Part shown: positions 15,190 through 32,680 of the stretch, piece after piece | How positions within the stretch are numbered: position 1 is the stretch's first letter | Layout of the letters: the number at the start of each line of letters is the position of its first letter | NCBI RefSeq assembly: GCF_009914755.1 | Contig: NC_060947.1 | Length of the DNA: 64,000 nt | Reading direction: 5' to 3' (one strand) | From: the human T2T-CHM13v2.0 reference genome, Homo sapiens | The notes under the pieces: model-generated | Databases searched by the model: none | What the model saw: only the letters and a program-made list of their open reading frames with translations | Told to the model about the DNA's origin: nothing | Program-made: the position numbers and the translations under genes

Positions 15190-15448
15190 AAGACCCTGAA
15201 TCAAGAATTTGAATGCCAATAGTTCATTTGAGAGGTGAACCTCAAAAACAACAGTGGGGAAAGGGGGAAGTAAAAAAGGAAGGAGAAGGAAGCCATGTTA
15301 AGGAGAAGGAAGGTATGTTATTGTCCAGAACTATAAAGGGTCATGTATTCATTTAAAATTTGAAAAAGAATAAATGCTTACTGGAGAAATTCCAGAAAAG
15401 ATATATATGTATACAGATTATATGGATGTATATTATTATATGATATAA

Positions 15449-15650
15449 ATGTCAAGAAGTGTGAAGGTTCTGAGATTTTACCGTACTTGCAAGCTAACAA
15501 GTTAGCCAGCCACAGATTCATAGATGCTGGCAGAAGACAGGAGACTCCTGGTTTAGAGGAAAGGGATATATTACTCATGGCACAGCAGGCAGTTCCCCAC
15601 ATTTCCACAGGGTGATGGGGAATGGCCCATATGGATGCTGCACATGCAGT
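15449..15650 (-). mobile_element. Partial LTR47-like LTR
   Basis: Similar to 56052-56230 (tgtcaagaa...tctgagatttta...caagctaacaagt). Confidence 0.6.
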
Positions 15651-16019
15651 ATTAATCACCAAATTCCCATCCCTTTTCGACTAGGGCTGCTCCGGGGACC
15701 TTAACTCCATGGCACTTCTGGTCTATTGACCATTCTACCACACCCAGTTGTCAGAGCCAGTCCTGACCAAAATATGGAATTGGCTTTGATTACCAACTTC
15801 CCCTTCTCCAAACTTTCCCCAAGGTGACTGTCTCTACCTTCCCCAAGGAGAAAGTGGGTCCACATCTTTATGTGTCTTGGTCTCTTCTTTTATTCTCAGT
15901 GAAGTCTGCCATGGTAAACTCTTCATCTGCACTAGAGAGTAAATGGCTGGGAACAGCTGTGTTATCCTTGGAACTGGGATCAATGTCTTAAAGCTAAAGA
16001 TTTAAACACCTCATTTAAG

Positions 16020-16828
16020 TGAAACGGGAGAGTTCCCTGATTCCCCTTGCGGATGTGTGATGGGGTGTCGCTTGCTTGGTCGCTGGCAGCTCAAACCCCT
16101 AGGGAGAGCATGCAGCTGGGCAGATGCAGAGGCCGTTGTGAGCACTTTTGGGCTCCGGCCCCAAGACAGCTTCTAGGGATGGGTGTCTGCAACTCCCGAA
16201 GCCCAAGTGGGCATGTGTTATCAAGCTCTTTCAGATTTGCCATCTGCAGGTGGCTTGTATGTTAAGCAGCTCAATGGACCCTCTGCCTTATTGCAAGGAC
16301 TGGGGGGCAGTGTAACAGCCTTCTGTATCCTGAGTTATTGCCCAGTGTACCAGAAGAATCGGATCACACGTGGGCTCGAAAGATGAGTGCAAGATTTTAT
16401 TGAATGGTGAAGGTGGCTCTCAGTGAGATGGATGGGGAGTCAGAAGGGGGTGGATGGAGTGGTAAGGTGGTCTTCCCCTGGAGTCAGGCCACCCAATGGC
16501 CAGATTCTTCTCTGACCGCCCCTAGCTGAATTCCCCTCAGCATCCAGATGTTACTCCTCTTCTCTCTTTCTCTGCTGCGTTGTTCCACTGTCGCTGGTCT
16601 GCTGGTCCCAACATTCAGCCACTTGTGTGTGTGCCCACTAAGGTCTTGGGTTTATACAGGGGCAGGATAGGCGGGGGGGACATGGCAGTCCAAAAGGCAA
16701 CTTTTTGGGTGCAAAACCAGAAAAGCCTGTCTTCATTTAGGGCCGCAGGTCTTCAGGCTTGAGGGTGGGGTCTTTGCCGGGGAGCCACCTTCTTCTACCC
16801 AGTATTTCCCCGTCTCCTGTCCATCTCA
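16020..16828 (-). mobile_element. 3' LTR of the ERV1 provirus
   Basis: TG...CA termini; homologous to 30727-31529. Confidence 0.93.
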
Positions 16829-17122
16829 TTTCCCCCCTCTGAAGAGGTACATCTAACTGCTGTTAGAATATGTATGACAACTGACCTTAGCTACTTCCTG
16901 CTGACAGGGAGCATTGTTTTGGGGAAAATAGCAGTCAGATTCCTCTCAGAGGTCTATCTAAGGGTCCCCAGCAAAGCGGAGCCATTGTCTGAGGCTCTGG
17001 TTGCCTGACCATTTGGAGTTTGATGGTTTCTAGGTGTGAGAGAATAAAACAAGTTTTATAAGGTTAAGTATCCATGGGTTAAACGTGTATTATATAAGGA
17101 AAGAATCTAGTGCCAAGGGTTA

Positions 17123-17551
<429 letters not shown>

Positions 17552-17649
17552 CTAATTATTAACACTTATCTTTTGTGATTTTTAGCTTGAGGTCCCCAAT
17601 CTCTTCACATTGGTACTTTGGGTGTTCTTCTGGGTCAACGGAGGTGACT

Positions 17650-19578
<1,929 letters not shown>

Positions 19579-21528
19579 AAAACAGACTCGGGGCTGTTGC
19601 AGGGGGCACAGTGGGAGTGAGATCAGCTCTTTGGTTTGTGTGGGAGCTGGGTGGGGCCTGTGACTGCCGGCTTTCCCCCACTTCCCTGACAACTTGCATG
19701 ACTCAGCAGAGGCAGCCATAATCCTCCTAGGAACACAACTTCAGTGACCTGGGAATCTCACCCCCATCCCCCATGGCAGCCGCAGCAAGACCCGCCAAGG
19801 AGAGCACGCCTAGCCCTGCTCCCACCTGATGGTCCTTCACTACCCACCCTGGTAGCAGAAGGCAAAGGACATATAATCTTGGGAGTTCTACAGCCGTGCC
19901 TACTGCCAGTCCCTCTCCACACTATTATAGTTGATGCTTTCTGGAAAGCACCACCTCCTGGCAGGAAGCCAACCAGCACAAAAATAGAGCATTAAACCAA
20001 CAAAGCTAAGGACCCCCATGGAGTCCATTGCACCCTCCACCACCTCCACCAGAACAGGTGCTGGTATCCATGGCTGAAAGACTCACAGATGGTTCACATC
20101 ACAGGACTCTGTGCAGACAACCCCCAGTACCAGCCTGGAGCCGGATTGACTCACTGGGTGGCTAGACCCAGAAGAGAGACAACAATCACTGGAGTTCAGC
20201 TCACAGGAAGCCACATCCCCAGAAAAGGGGGAGAATACTATATCAAGGGAACACCCCATGGGACAAAAAAATCTGAACAACAGCCTTCAGCCCTAGACCT
20301 TCCCTCTGACAGAGGCTACACAAATGAGAAGGAACCAGAAAACCAGCCCTGGTAATATAAGAAAACAAGGCTTGTCAACACCTCCCAAAAATTACACTGG
20401 TTCACCAGCAATGGCTCCAAACCAAGAAGAAATCCCCTATTTACCTGGAAAAGAATTCAGGAGGCTAGTTATTAAGCTAATCAGGGAGGGACCAGAGAAA
20501 GGCGAAGCCCAATGCAAGGAAATCCAAAGAAATGATGCAAGAAGTGAAGGGAGAAATATTCAAGGAAATAGATAGCCTAAAGAAAAAACAATCAAAAATT
20601 CAGAAAACTTTGGACACACTTTTAGAAATGCGAAATGCTCTGGAAAGTCTCAGCAATAGAATTGAACAAGTAGAGGAAAGAAACTCAGAGCTCGAAGACA
20701 AGGTCTTTGAATTAACCCAATCCAACAAAGACAAAGAAAAAAGATTAAGAAAATATGAACAAAGCCTCCAAGAAGTCTGAGATTATGTTAAACACCCAAA
20801 CCTAAGAATAATCAGTGTTTCTGAGGAAGAAAACAATTCAAAATGCTTGGAAAATATATTTGGGGGAATAATCAAGGAAAACTTCCCCAGCCATGCTAGA
20901 GACCTAGACATGCAAATACAAGAAGCGCAAGGAACACCTGGGAAATTCATCACAAAAAGATCATCGCCTAGGCGCACTGTCATCAGGTTATCCAAAGTTA
21001 AGACAAAGGAAAGAATCTTAAGAGCTGTGAGACAGAAGCACCAGGTAACCTGTAAAGGAAAACCTATCAGATTAACAGCAGATTTCTCAGCAGAAACCCT
21101 ACAAGCTAGAAGGGATTGGGGCCCTATCTTCAGCCTCCTCAAACAAAACAATTATCAGCCAAGAATTTTGCATCTGGCAAAACTAGGCATCATATATGAA
21201 GGAAAGATACAGTCGTTTCAGACAAACAAATGCTGAGAGAATTCGCCATTACCAAGCCACCACTACAAGAACTGCTAAAAGGAGCTCTAAATCTTGAAAC
21301 AAATCCCGAAAACACATCAAAACAGAACCTCTTTAAAGCATAAATCACACAGGACCTGTAAACCAAAAATACAAGTTAAAAAGCAAAACAAACAAACAAA
21401 GTATGCAGGCAACAAAGAGCATGATGAATGCAACGGTACCTCACATTTCAATACTAACTGAATGTAAATGGCCTAAATGCTCCACTTAAAAGATACAGAA
21501 CCGCAGAATGGATAAGAACTCACCAACT

Positions 21529-21986
<458 letters not shown>

Positions 21987-23358
21987 TTAGACAAAACAAA
22001 CTTTAAAGCAATAGCAGTTAAAAGAGAAAAAGCGGGACATTATATGATGGTAAAAGGCCTTGTCCAACAGGAAAATATCACAATCCTAAACATACATGCA
22101 CGTAACACTGGAGCTCCCAAATTTATAAAACAATTACTAATAGACCTAAGAAATGTGATAGACAGCAATACAATAATAGTGGGGGACTTCAATACTCCAC
22201 TGACAGCGCTAGACAGGTCATCAAGACAGAAAGTCAGTAAAGAAACAATGAATTTAAACCATACCTTGGAACAAATGGACTTAACAGACATACACAGAAC
22301 ATTTCATCCAACAACCACAGAATACACATTCTATTCGACAGTGCATGGAACTTTCTCCAAGATAGACCATACGATAGACCATGAAATGAGCCTCAATAAA
22401 TTTAAGAAAATTGAAATTATATCAAACACTCTCTCAGACCACAGTGGAATGAAACTGGAAATCAACTCCAAAAGGAACCTTCAAAACCACCACGCAAATA
22501 CATGGAATTAAATAACCTGCTCTTGAATGAGCAAAAGGTCAAAAACCAACTCAAGATGGAAATTTAAAAACTCTTCAAACTGAATGACAATAATGACACA
22601 ACCTATCAAAACCTCTGGGATACAGCTAAGGCAGTGCTAAGAGGAAAGTTCATAGTCCTAAACACCTACATCAAAAAGTCTGAAAGAGCACAAACAGACA
22701 ATCTAAGGTCATACCTCAAGGAACTAGAGAAAGAAGAACAAACCAAACCCCAAACCAGCAGAAGAAAGGAAATGACCAAGATCAGAGCAGAACTAAATGA
22801 AGTTGAAATTTAAAAAAACTAATACAAAAGATAAATGAAACAAAAAGCTGGTTCTTTGAAAAGATAAATAAAATTGATAGACCATTAGCAAGATTAACCA
22901 AGAAAAGAAGAGAGAAAATCCAAATAACCTCGCTGAGAAACAAAACAGGAGATATTACAACTGACACTACTGAAATACAAAAGATCATTCAAGGCTACTA
23001 TGAACACCTTTACACACATAAACCAGAAAACCTAAAAGAGATGGATAAATTCCTGGAAAAATACAACCTTTCTAGCTTAAATCAGGAAGAATTAGATACC
23101 CTGAACAGACCAATAACAAGCAGAGCGATTGAAATGGTAATTTAAAAATTACCAACAAAAAATGTCCAGGACTTTTTCTGTCCAGGACAGAAGGATTCAC
23201 AGAAGAATTCTATCAGACATTCAAAGAAGAATTGGTATCAATCCTTTTGACACTATTCCATAAGATAGAGAAAGAAGGAACCCTCCCTAATTCATTCTAT
23301 GAAGCCAGCATCACCCTAATACCAAAACCAGGAAAGGACACAACCAAAAAAGAAAACT

Positions 23359-23715
<357 letters not shown>

Positions 23716-26124
23716 TAAATCCAACAACATATCAAAAAGGTAATCCACCATGATTAAGTGGGTTTCATACCAGGGATGCAGGGATGGTTTAACATACACA
23801 AGTCAATAAATGTGATACACCACATAAACAGAATTAAAAACAAAAATCACACGATCATTTCAATAGATGCAGAAAAAGTATTTGACAAAATCCAGCATCA
23901 CTTCATGATTAAAACCCTCAGCAAAATCACCATACAAGGAACATACCATAATGTCATAAAAGCCATCTATGACAAACCCACAGCCAACATGATACTAAAT
24001 GGAGAAAAGTTGAAAGCATTCCCTCTGAGAACTGGAACAAGAGAAGGATGCACACTCTCACCACTCCTCTTCCACATAGTACTGGAAGTCCTAGCCAGAG
24101 CAATCAGGCAAGAGAAAGAAATAATGGGCATCCAAATCTTTAAAGAGGAAGTCAAACTGTCCCTGCTTACTGACGATATGATCGTTTACCTTGAAAACCG
24201 TAAGGACTCCAACAGAAAGCTCATAGAACAGATAAAAGAATTCAGCAAAGTTTCCGGATACAAGACTAATGTACACAAATCAGTAGTTCTTCTATACACC
24301 AACAGAGACCAAGTGGAGAATCAAATCAAGAACTCAAGCCCTTTTACAATAGCTGCAAAAAAATAAAATACTTAGGAATGTAGCTAACAAAAGAGTCGAA
24401 AGACCTCTACAAGGAAAACCACAAAACATTGCTGAAAGAAATCATAGATGGCACAAACAAATGGAAACACATCCATTGGGTAGAATCAATATTGTGAAAA
24501 CGACCATACTGCCAAAAGCAATTTACAAATTCAATACAATCCCCATCAAAATACCGCCATCATTCTTCACAGAGTTAGAAAAAACAATTCTAAAATTCAT
24601 GTGGAACCAAAAAAGAGCCCACATAGCCAAAGCAAGACTAAGCAAAAAGAACAAATCTGGAGGCATCACACTACCTGATTTCAAACTATACTATAAGGCC
24701 ATAGTCACCAAAACATGGTACTGGTATAAAAACAGGCATATAGATCAATAGAACAGAATAGAAAACCCAGAAATAAACCCAAATACTTACAGCCAACTGC
24801 TCTTCAACAAAGCAAACAAAAACATAAAGTGGGGAAAGGACACCCTTTTCAACAAATGGTGCTGGGATAATTGGCTAGCTACACGTAGGAGAATGAAACT
24901 GGATCCTCATCTCTCACCTTATACAAAAATCAACTCAAGATGGATTAAGGACTTAAACCTAAGACCTGAAACTGTGAAGAGTCTAGAAGATAACACTGGA
25001 AAAACCTTTCTAGACACTGGCTTAGGCAAGGATTTTATGACCAAGAACCCAAAAGCAAATGCAGTAAAAACAAAGGTAAATAGCTAGGACCTAATTAAAC
25101 TGAAGAGCTTTCGCATGGCAAAAGGAACAGTCGGGAGAGTAAACAAACAACCCACAGAGTGGGAGAAAAATCTTCACAATCTATACATCTGACAAAGGAC
25201 TAATATCCAGAATCTACAACGAACTCAAACAAATCAGTAAGAAAAAAACAATCCCATAAAAAACTGGGCTAAGGACATGAATAGACAATTCTCAAAAGAA
25301 GATAAACAAATGGCCAACAAACATATGAGAAAATGCTCAACATCACTAATAATCAGGGAAATGCAAATCAAAACCACAATGTGATGTCATCTTACTCCTG
25401 CAAGAATGGCCATAATCAAAAAATTAAAAAACAGTAGATGTTGGCATGGATGCAGTGATCAGGGAACACTTCTACACTGCTGGTGGGAATGTAAACTAGT
25501 ACAGCCACTATGGGAAACAGTGTGGAGATTCCTTAAAGAACTAAAAGTAGAACTACCATTTGATCCAGCAATCCCACTACTGGGTATCTACCCAGAGGTA
25601 AAGAAGTCATTATATGAAAAAGATACTTGCACACGCATGTTTATAGCAGCACAATTCACAATTGGAAAATCATGGAACCAACCTAAATGCCCGTCAATCA
25701 ATGGGTGAATAAAGAAACTGTGGTGTATATATATATATACAATGAAATACTACTCAGCCATAAAAAGGAATGAATTAACAGCATTTGCAATGACCTGGAT
25801 GAGACTGGAGACTGTTATTCTAAGTGAAGTAACTCAGGAATGGAAAACCAAAACCAAACATCATATGTTCTCACCGATATGTGGGAGTTAAGCTATGAGA
25901 ATGCAAAGGCATAAGAATGATACAGTGGACTTTGGGGACTTAGGGGGAAAGGTGGGAGGGGGACGAGAGATAAAAGACTACAAATAAGGTGCAGTGTATA
26001 CTGCTTAGGTGATGGGTGCACAAGGATCTCACAAATCACCACTAAAGAATTTACTCATGTAACCAAATACCACCTGTACCCCAACAACTTATGAAAAAAT
26101 AAAATGATTTTTTTAAAAAGACAT

Positions 26125-27900
26125 AATCCAGTCTGGGTTCTCTAAGGGGGTTTCCTTGAGGTCCTCTCTGGCCACATAGGTTTGTGCTACTATTTGTTTG
26201 CAGTCATGTTCAAGTTCTCCAATTTCCTCTGGGAGGAAGGTGGCTAGATTTAGGGAGGGACAGGTTCTTAATTGGACCACAGATCCTTCTAATAACAGAG
26301 CTTGATACCTCAGGAGGCAGTTGTCTGTTAGCCAGAGACTCCCCTTAGAAGACAGTAGTCCTGCCACATTAAGTTATTCCCCATGGTTAACTTAGTAGCC
26401 TCTGGTACCAGCAAGGCTGCTAGTGTGATTTCCCGGAGGCAAGCCACCCATTCTTTGGTTACCAAATAGAGCTCCTCACTCAGGTAGCCTACAGGCTGCT
26501 GGGCTAGACCCTGGGCCTGTGTTAGGACTCCAAGTGTCATTCCCTTTCTCTCTGACACATAAAGACTAAACATTTTCCCTATGGGGAGACTAAGGGCTAG
26601 TGCCTTAAGCAAGGCTTGTTTTAATTGGTTGAAGGCCTTTTTAGCCTCCAGTTCCCAAGTTAGACAATGAGTTTTAGCTGCCTGAGTCTCCTTTATTATG
26701 TGATAAAGGGGATGAGCCATTTCACCGTACCCCAGGTATCCATACTCTGCAGAATCTTGTAATGCCCAAGAATCCCCTTAGTTGCTTGAGGGCTTTGGGG
26801 AAAGGAAAGGAGGAGATAGGTTTAATCCTCTCTTCGCCCAATGTTCTGGTCCCCTCTGACAAGACCAAGCCTAGGTACTTCACTGAAGTCTGACAGAGCT
26901 GAGCTTTAGATTTTGAAACTTTATATCCACTGTTAGCCAGAAAATTAAGAAGAGCCTTACTGCTCTCCTGAGAGATTTCCTCAGTTGGAGCACAGAGGAG
27001 AAGGTCATCCAAATATTGCAAAACTTTAACCTGAGGATAAAGGAACTCAGAGAGGTTTCTTAATAATGCCCGCCCAAACAAGTGGGGACTGTCTCAGAAC
27101 CCCTGAGGTAACACTATCCAGGTTAACTGGGTGGTTTGGTTAAAGGGATCCACAAAGGCAAACAAATACTGGGAGTCAGGGTGTAACAGTATGCAAAAGA
27201 AGGCATCCTTTAGGTCCAGGACTGTGAACCATTTAGTTCCCTCCTCAGGTATTTGGGCTAGCAGGGTATAGGGATTGGGAACCACCAGGTGTGTTGGAAC
27301 CACAGCCTCATTAACAAGGTAGAGGTGCTGAACTAGTCTCCATTCCCCATTGGGTTTTTGTACCCATAATAGTGGGGTATTACAAGGGCTGTTGCAGGGT
27401 TTGAGGATGCCTTACATCTTCAAGTTATCTATGATGGCTTCTAGCCCTTTCCTAACCTCTGGTTTCAGGGCATATTGTTTCTGGTTAGGAAAGGAGGTGG
27501 GATCCTTAAGATGGACCTGGACTGGTATGGCAGTGGTGGTTCCGCCAATCTTCCCTTGAGTTGCCCAAATTTCTGGGTTAATATTGGTCTCCACTGGGGG
27601 AGACAAAGACTTTGCCCAGGGGCCTTCAGGATGGTGGTCCCCATACAGGCCAGGATATCCCTTCCCAGCAGAGGAATTGGGCTTTCAGGCATAATTAGAA
27701 AAGCATGGGTGAACAAAAGGTCTCCCCAGCTACAACTAAGTGGTTGGGAGAAATATCAGGTTAAAGATCTTTCAGCGATGCCCCTCACAGTTGTGCTAAG
27801 AGAGGAGAGGAGGCCCAGATTGGAGAGGAGAACTGAGACTAGCCCCAGTGTCCAAAAGGAAGTCCACTTTCCTCCCTTCAATTTCCAGAATTACCTGGGA
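26125..27900 (-). pseudogene. ERV protease and reverse transcriptase remnant
   Basis: [42 protein letters not shown]. Confidence 0.93.
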
Positions 27901-28065
27901 CGCCTGGATGGTAATGGTGGTCTGGACCACCGGAGCTGGGGAAAGGGGCCCTGGGACCCCTCAGTCCTGCTCCTGGACTATTTGGATGATTGGTTCTGGA
28001 CCCAGTGATCAGCATTCCTGGGAACAGTCCACCCCCCAGTGGTGCCCACTGCAGATTGGACAGGG

Positions 28066-29428
28066 TCAAGGTGGCTTTCTCATGCCAGCTGGGTAATCCT
28101 TTTTGAAATACCCTGGCTTGCCACATCTGTAGCAATTAGGTGCACCCTGGGAATTCTGGGATTTGTGGGCTTGCCTGGTGGCCATTAAAGCCTCTGTCTC
28201 TTTTCTGTATTTCCTCTCTCTCTCCTGGGCCTCCCTATCTCTATTATAAAAGACTGAAGTGGCTACTTTCAGGAGGTTCTCTAAAGCACTATCTGGTCCC
28301 AGAACCTGTTTTTGCAGCTTCTTCCTGATATCAGGGGCTCCCTGAGTAATATATTTGTCCTTTAGGATTATCTGTCCATTGAGTGGATCAGGAGATAAAG
28401 AGGTGTACTTTAACAAGGGCTCTCTTAACATTTCCGGGAAGGCAGTGGTATTGTCATCAAATCCATGGTCGATCATGGACAACTTAGTATAATTGAGAGG
28501 CTTGGTTCTAGTCCTACGTAAGCCCTCCATTATGCACACCTGAAAGTGTCTCCTCTTCCAGTTTTCTGTCTTGTCACTGGGATCCCATTTAGGGTCATCC
28601 CTTGATACTGCTTCTCTTCCAGTTGGATAATGTTTGCCCCCTTCCCTGATGCTATATGTGATGCAAAGCTTATCCCCAAATCTCTCTGCTGCTTGCAGAG
28701 TGGCCTGATTCTCAGCGTCTGTCAGGGTTTGATTCAAAAGTAACATAACATCTCCCCAGGAGAGTTCAAATATTTGGGTGAAATTGTGGAAAGCCTCTAT
28801 ATATCTGGCAGGGTTATCTGAAAACTTACCAAGATCCCCGTTACATTGCTTTAAGTCCTGTAGAGAGAAGGGGACCTGGACTTCACTGGACCCAAATTCA
28901 CTAGGCACCTGTTGGAGGGGCAAGAGTGAGACGGGTTTGTCTAAGGCAAGGATTTCTAGGAGGGGGCAAGTGAGAGGCCGAAGCTGGACAGGGAGGTTGG
29001 GGTGGACCCGGAGGAACAGGGCTGGAGGGAGCTGGCTCCTCTGCTGAAGGTGCCTCTGGGATTCGTATCTTTAGTTCCCTGGGCTTGCCCCTTGCAGCCT
29101 TCCCTGAGATGGCAAACAGGAGGGCTGGGTCCATTCTACACTGTCAGCAAAGGTCTGGATTTCCTTGCAAGTTATAGGAAGCCTGCACAGATGGGACCTT
29201 AGACCAGCTGTCCTCACATCTACAGAAAAGGTCCAACTGCTGGATGATACAGAAATGAATGGTTCCTTCCTGAGGCCAACCCAGTTCTTCATAATTTGGT
29301 CAAACCTTTGTGCAGAGGGCTATGAGGTGTTTTTCCTCCAGATTCTGAGGATCAAAGCAGTCCCAACAGTTCAGGATACATTCCAGAGGAGTATAAACTG
29401 AGGATGGAGAAGAGAGCTGGTTGCCCAT
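28066..29428 (-). pseudogene. ERV gag remnant; 285-codon capsid/nucleocapsid stretch still open (28066-28923)
   Basis: ATG-GGC (MG) at 29428; QVPFSLQDLKQ..GKFSDNP..YIE, LKDKYITQGAPDIRKKLQK; degenerate zinc knuckle CYRCGKPGYFKKDY. Confidence 0.9.
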
Positions 29429-30706
29429 TCTGAAAGACAGGGAATAAAGGTATCCCTGACTTCTCTTCCTTCTTTCAGTGAAAAACTCGGGGTGCGATGG
29501 AGACAGAAAGTGAGCATCCTCCTTTTCTCTTCCATCTTTTTATCCCCGAGTCCCAGCGACCTTGGCAGGTGCTGCGCAGGAGTGCCCATGCAACATGCAC
29601 CCATGAAGCAGGGAAGGCCTAGAGAATAGGCATTATCTGCACTGACCTGTGCCTCTGTCTTCCCCTGCTGTTGACAGCCTTTGAGTTCCCTGGGCCTCAT
29701 TTATGCCATGGAGCATGGCCTCCTTCCACGGGCGTGGGGTGTTCAGTTGGCAGGAATCGGACCTGTCCATTTACATTGTGCCTGTTGCCTGGCTTTGGAT
29801 CCCTCAGATCTGGTTTTCCTTTCTAGGGCCTCAGCCTGAAGCTTGGAATTGAGTTTGGGACTAAAAGGTATTTTAAGGGGCTGCATGTATCTGTTTAGAT
29901 TAAGGCTCAAATGGGCCCTGCCAGCAGGAGCTGCTCCTCTGTTATTTTCCCTATCAACAGCAGAGTGCAGAAGAGGGGAAACCCTCTCACTTAAAAAAGA
30001 ACAGACAAAAAAGAAAAAACACAGTTTAAGGGGCAAAAGGGGAAGGTCCTGGAGGAAGAACCCCTTGCTCAGTGCAAATGGGTTCCTTCAGTCATTGTAT
30101 CTTTCTCCCAGTTCAAGCCTGGCTGAACTACTTGGCCAGAGGAGGTAGAGTTACAATGGTGTGGCAGATGGAAAACGATGGCCAGCCAGCCCTGCAGGGT
30201 CCCAGCAGTGGCCGTGATTTTCTCCTGTCCCTTGTGGCCACTGGGCATGGCCGGTGCATGCTGTGGACATGCCCAGGTGCCCGAGCTGGGAGGGGAGGGG
30301 GGCACCTGTGGCTGTCGAGGTGGAGGCGGGGATCGCACCTCGAAGTAAAAACAGAAACCATATTGTTCTGATTTGCACCTTTGGTAGCTGAGCCAAACGC
30401 TCACTCCATTTAATATGATAGCCGCAGCCTGTAGCTAAACTCTTAACATTATAAAGGAAGAGATAACAGCCATTTCAAACCGTGGGTGAAAAGACACCAA
30501 TCAAAGTCTGGGGGTCTTGACCGGTGTCTGTCAGAACGGTAGGGGACAGAGTTCAGCAAGGGATGCCTTTGGTTGCCCCAGGTCTTTACTCAGGTCCCAT
30601 GCAGTGGTTAAACCTCCCTGAAGGGAAACACAGCCTTTTGCCCACGGGAAAGAGAGAGAAGAGGCATATCTGACAGTTTCGCATTTGTACTCACCTTCTG
30701 ACGAAT

Positions 30707-30724
30707 ATCCCGGATGGGGCCCCA
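30707..30724 (-). promoter_or_regulatory. Primer binding site, tRNA-Pro
   Basis: TGGGGCCCCATCCGGGAT vs Pro PBS TGGGGGCTCGTCCGGGAT (15/18), 2 nt after the 5' LTR. Confidence 0.85.
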
Positions 30725-30726
30725 GT

Positions 30727-31529
30727 TGAAACGGGAGAGTTCCCAGATTCCCCTTGCAGGACGCATGCGACAAGGGTGTGGCCTGCTTGGTCACCCCGCA
30801 GCTCAAACCACTAGGGAGAGCATGTGGACGGGCAGATAAAGAAGCAAGTATGAGCGCTTTTGGGCTCCGGCCCACGGCAGCATCTAGGGGTGGGTGTCTG
30901 TGACTCCCAAAGCCCAAGTGGGCATGTGTTACCAAGCTCTTTCAGCTTTGCCATCTGCAGATGGCTTGTGTGTTAATCAGCTCAATGAACCCTCTGCCTT
31001 ATTGCGAGGGCTGGGGGGCAGTGTGATAGCCTTCTGTATCCCGAGTCCTTGCCCAGTGTACCGGAAGAATCGGATCACACATGGGCTCAAAGGATGAGTA
31101 CAAGGTTTTATTGAGTGATGGAGGTGGCTCTCAGTGGGATGGATGGGGAGCCAGAAGGGGGCAGATTGAGTGGGAAGGTGGTCTTCCCCTGGAGTCTGGC
31201 CACTCAGCGGCCAGAATCATCTCCTACCACCCCCAGCCGAAATCCTCTTGGCATCCAGATGTCCCTCCTCTTCTCTCTCTGCCACAGTGTTCCGCCATCG
31301 CTGGTCTGCTGGTCCCGACATTCAGCCACTTGTGTGTGTGCCCTCTAAGGTCTTGGGTTTACATAAGGGTAGGATGGGGGGCATGGCAGGCCAAAAGGCA
31401 ACTTTTTGGGAGCAAAAACAGAAATGCCTGTCCTCATTTAGGGCCGCAGGCCTTCAGGCTTGAGGATGGGACCTTTGTCGGGGAACTGCCCTTTTCTACC
31501 CAGTATTTTCCTGTCTCCTGTCCATATCA
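30727..31529 (-). mobile_element. 5' LTR of the ERV1 provirus
   Basis: Minus strand starts tgatatggacaggagacagg...; homologous to 16020-16828. Confidence 0.93.
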
Positions 31530-31932
31530 TAAGGAGACCTCAGATATCAGATGGCAAATGGAGGAGGCTACGGGATGGAGGGAAAATGCCAACTTCACCA
31601 AGAATGGGATTTCCTGGATGATTCTCAGGTGTCTCGGGAGGTTTAATGCCCTATTCTGCTGAGTGCAGCCTCCTAGGCCTTGGAAAAAGAGCCCAGTGAC
31701 ATCCCTGCATCCTCCTACTGCTTCCCTTTGATTCAGCTCTGTACTTAATCACTTTGATTTCTTGATAAAATTTATAAGAGCCCAACAATCTTCCTACATT
31801 TACACTGTGTCCATTTTCCTCTCCCTTCCCTCCCTAAATTATAGATCACTGGACTGAAAATAAAATTCACTTGTTTCAGATAGATGAGTCACACCATGAC
31901 TAAAGTACAGAGACTCCATTCTTCCTTCATCC

Positions 31933-32680
31933 TGTAGCCACCTAATGGGTTCACCTTGCCCACTGCCTAGACAGAGCCAATTTATCAAGACAGAGGAATT
32001 GAAATAGAGAAAGAGTAATTCACGCAGAGCCGGCTGTGCGGGAAACCAGAGTTTTATTACTACTCAAATCAGTCTCCCTGCGCACATTTGGGGATCAGAG
32101 TTTTTAAGGATAATGTGGTGGGTGGCGAGGGCCAGTGAGACAAGAGTGCTGATTGGTTGAGTGAGAGATGAAATCGTAGGGAGTCAAAGCCGTCCTCTTG
32201 TGCTGAGTCAGTTCCTGGGTGGGGGCCACAAGATCAGAGGAGCCAGTTTGTCAATCAGGGTGGTGCCGGCTGATCTTTTTAGTGCAGAGTCAGCAAAATA
32301 CCTCAAGCATTGATCTTGGGTTTTGTAATAGTGATGTTATCCCCAGGAGCAATTTAGGGAGGGTCAGAATATTGCAGCCTCCAGCTGCATGACTCCTAAA
32401 TCATAATTTCTAATCTTGTGGCTAATTTGTTAGTCTTACAAAGGCAGTTTAGTTCCAGGCAAGAAGGGGGTTTGTTTTGGGAAAGGGCTGTTATCGTCTT
32501 TGTTTTAAACAATAGAGTATAAACTAATTTCCTCCCAAAGTTAGTTTGGCCTACAGTATAAACTAATTTCCTCCCAAAGTTAGTTTGGCCTACGCCCAGG
32601 AATGAACAAGGACAGCTTGGAGGTCAGGAGTTAGTTAGGTCTTTCACTGTCTCAGTTATAATTTTGCAATGGTGGTTTCA
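31933..32680 (-). mobile_element. LTR8-family solo LTR
   Basis: Minus strand starts tgaaaccaccattgcaaaattataactgag; 4-bp TSD atcc. Confidence 0.9.

Noticed and set aside
15449-15650. LTR47 fragment as the missing 3' LTR of the ERVL47 provirus
   Set aside because: 35 kb away and separated by older elements (MLT1, L1M, Charlie), so an independent insertion
30531-31662. 134- and 193-aa ORFs similar to ORFs at 16047-16762
   Set aside because: Chance ORFs in the two homologous GC-rich LTRs
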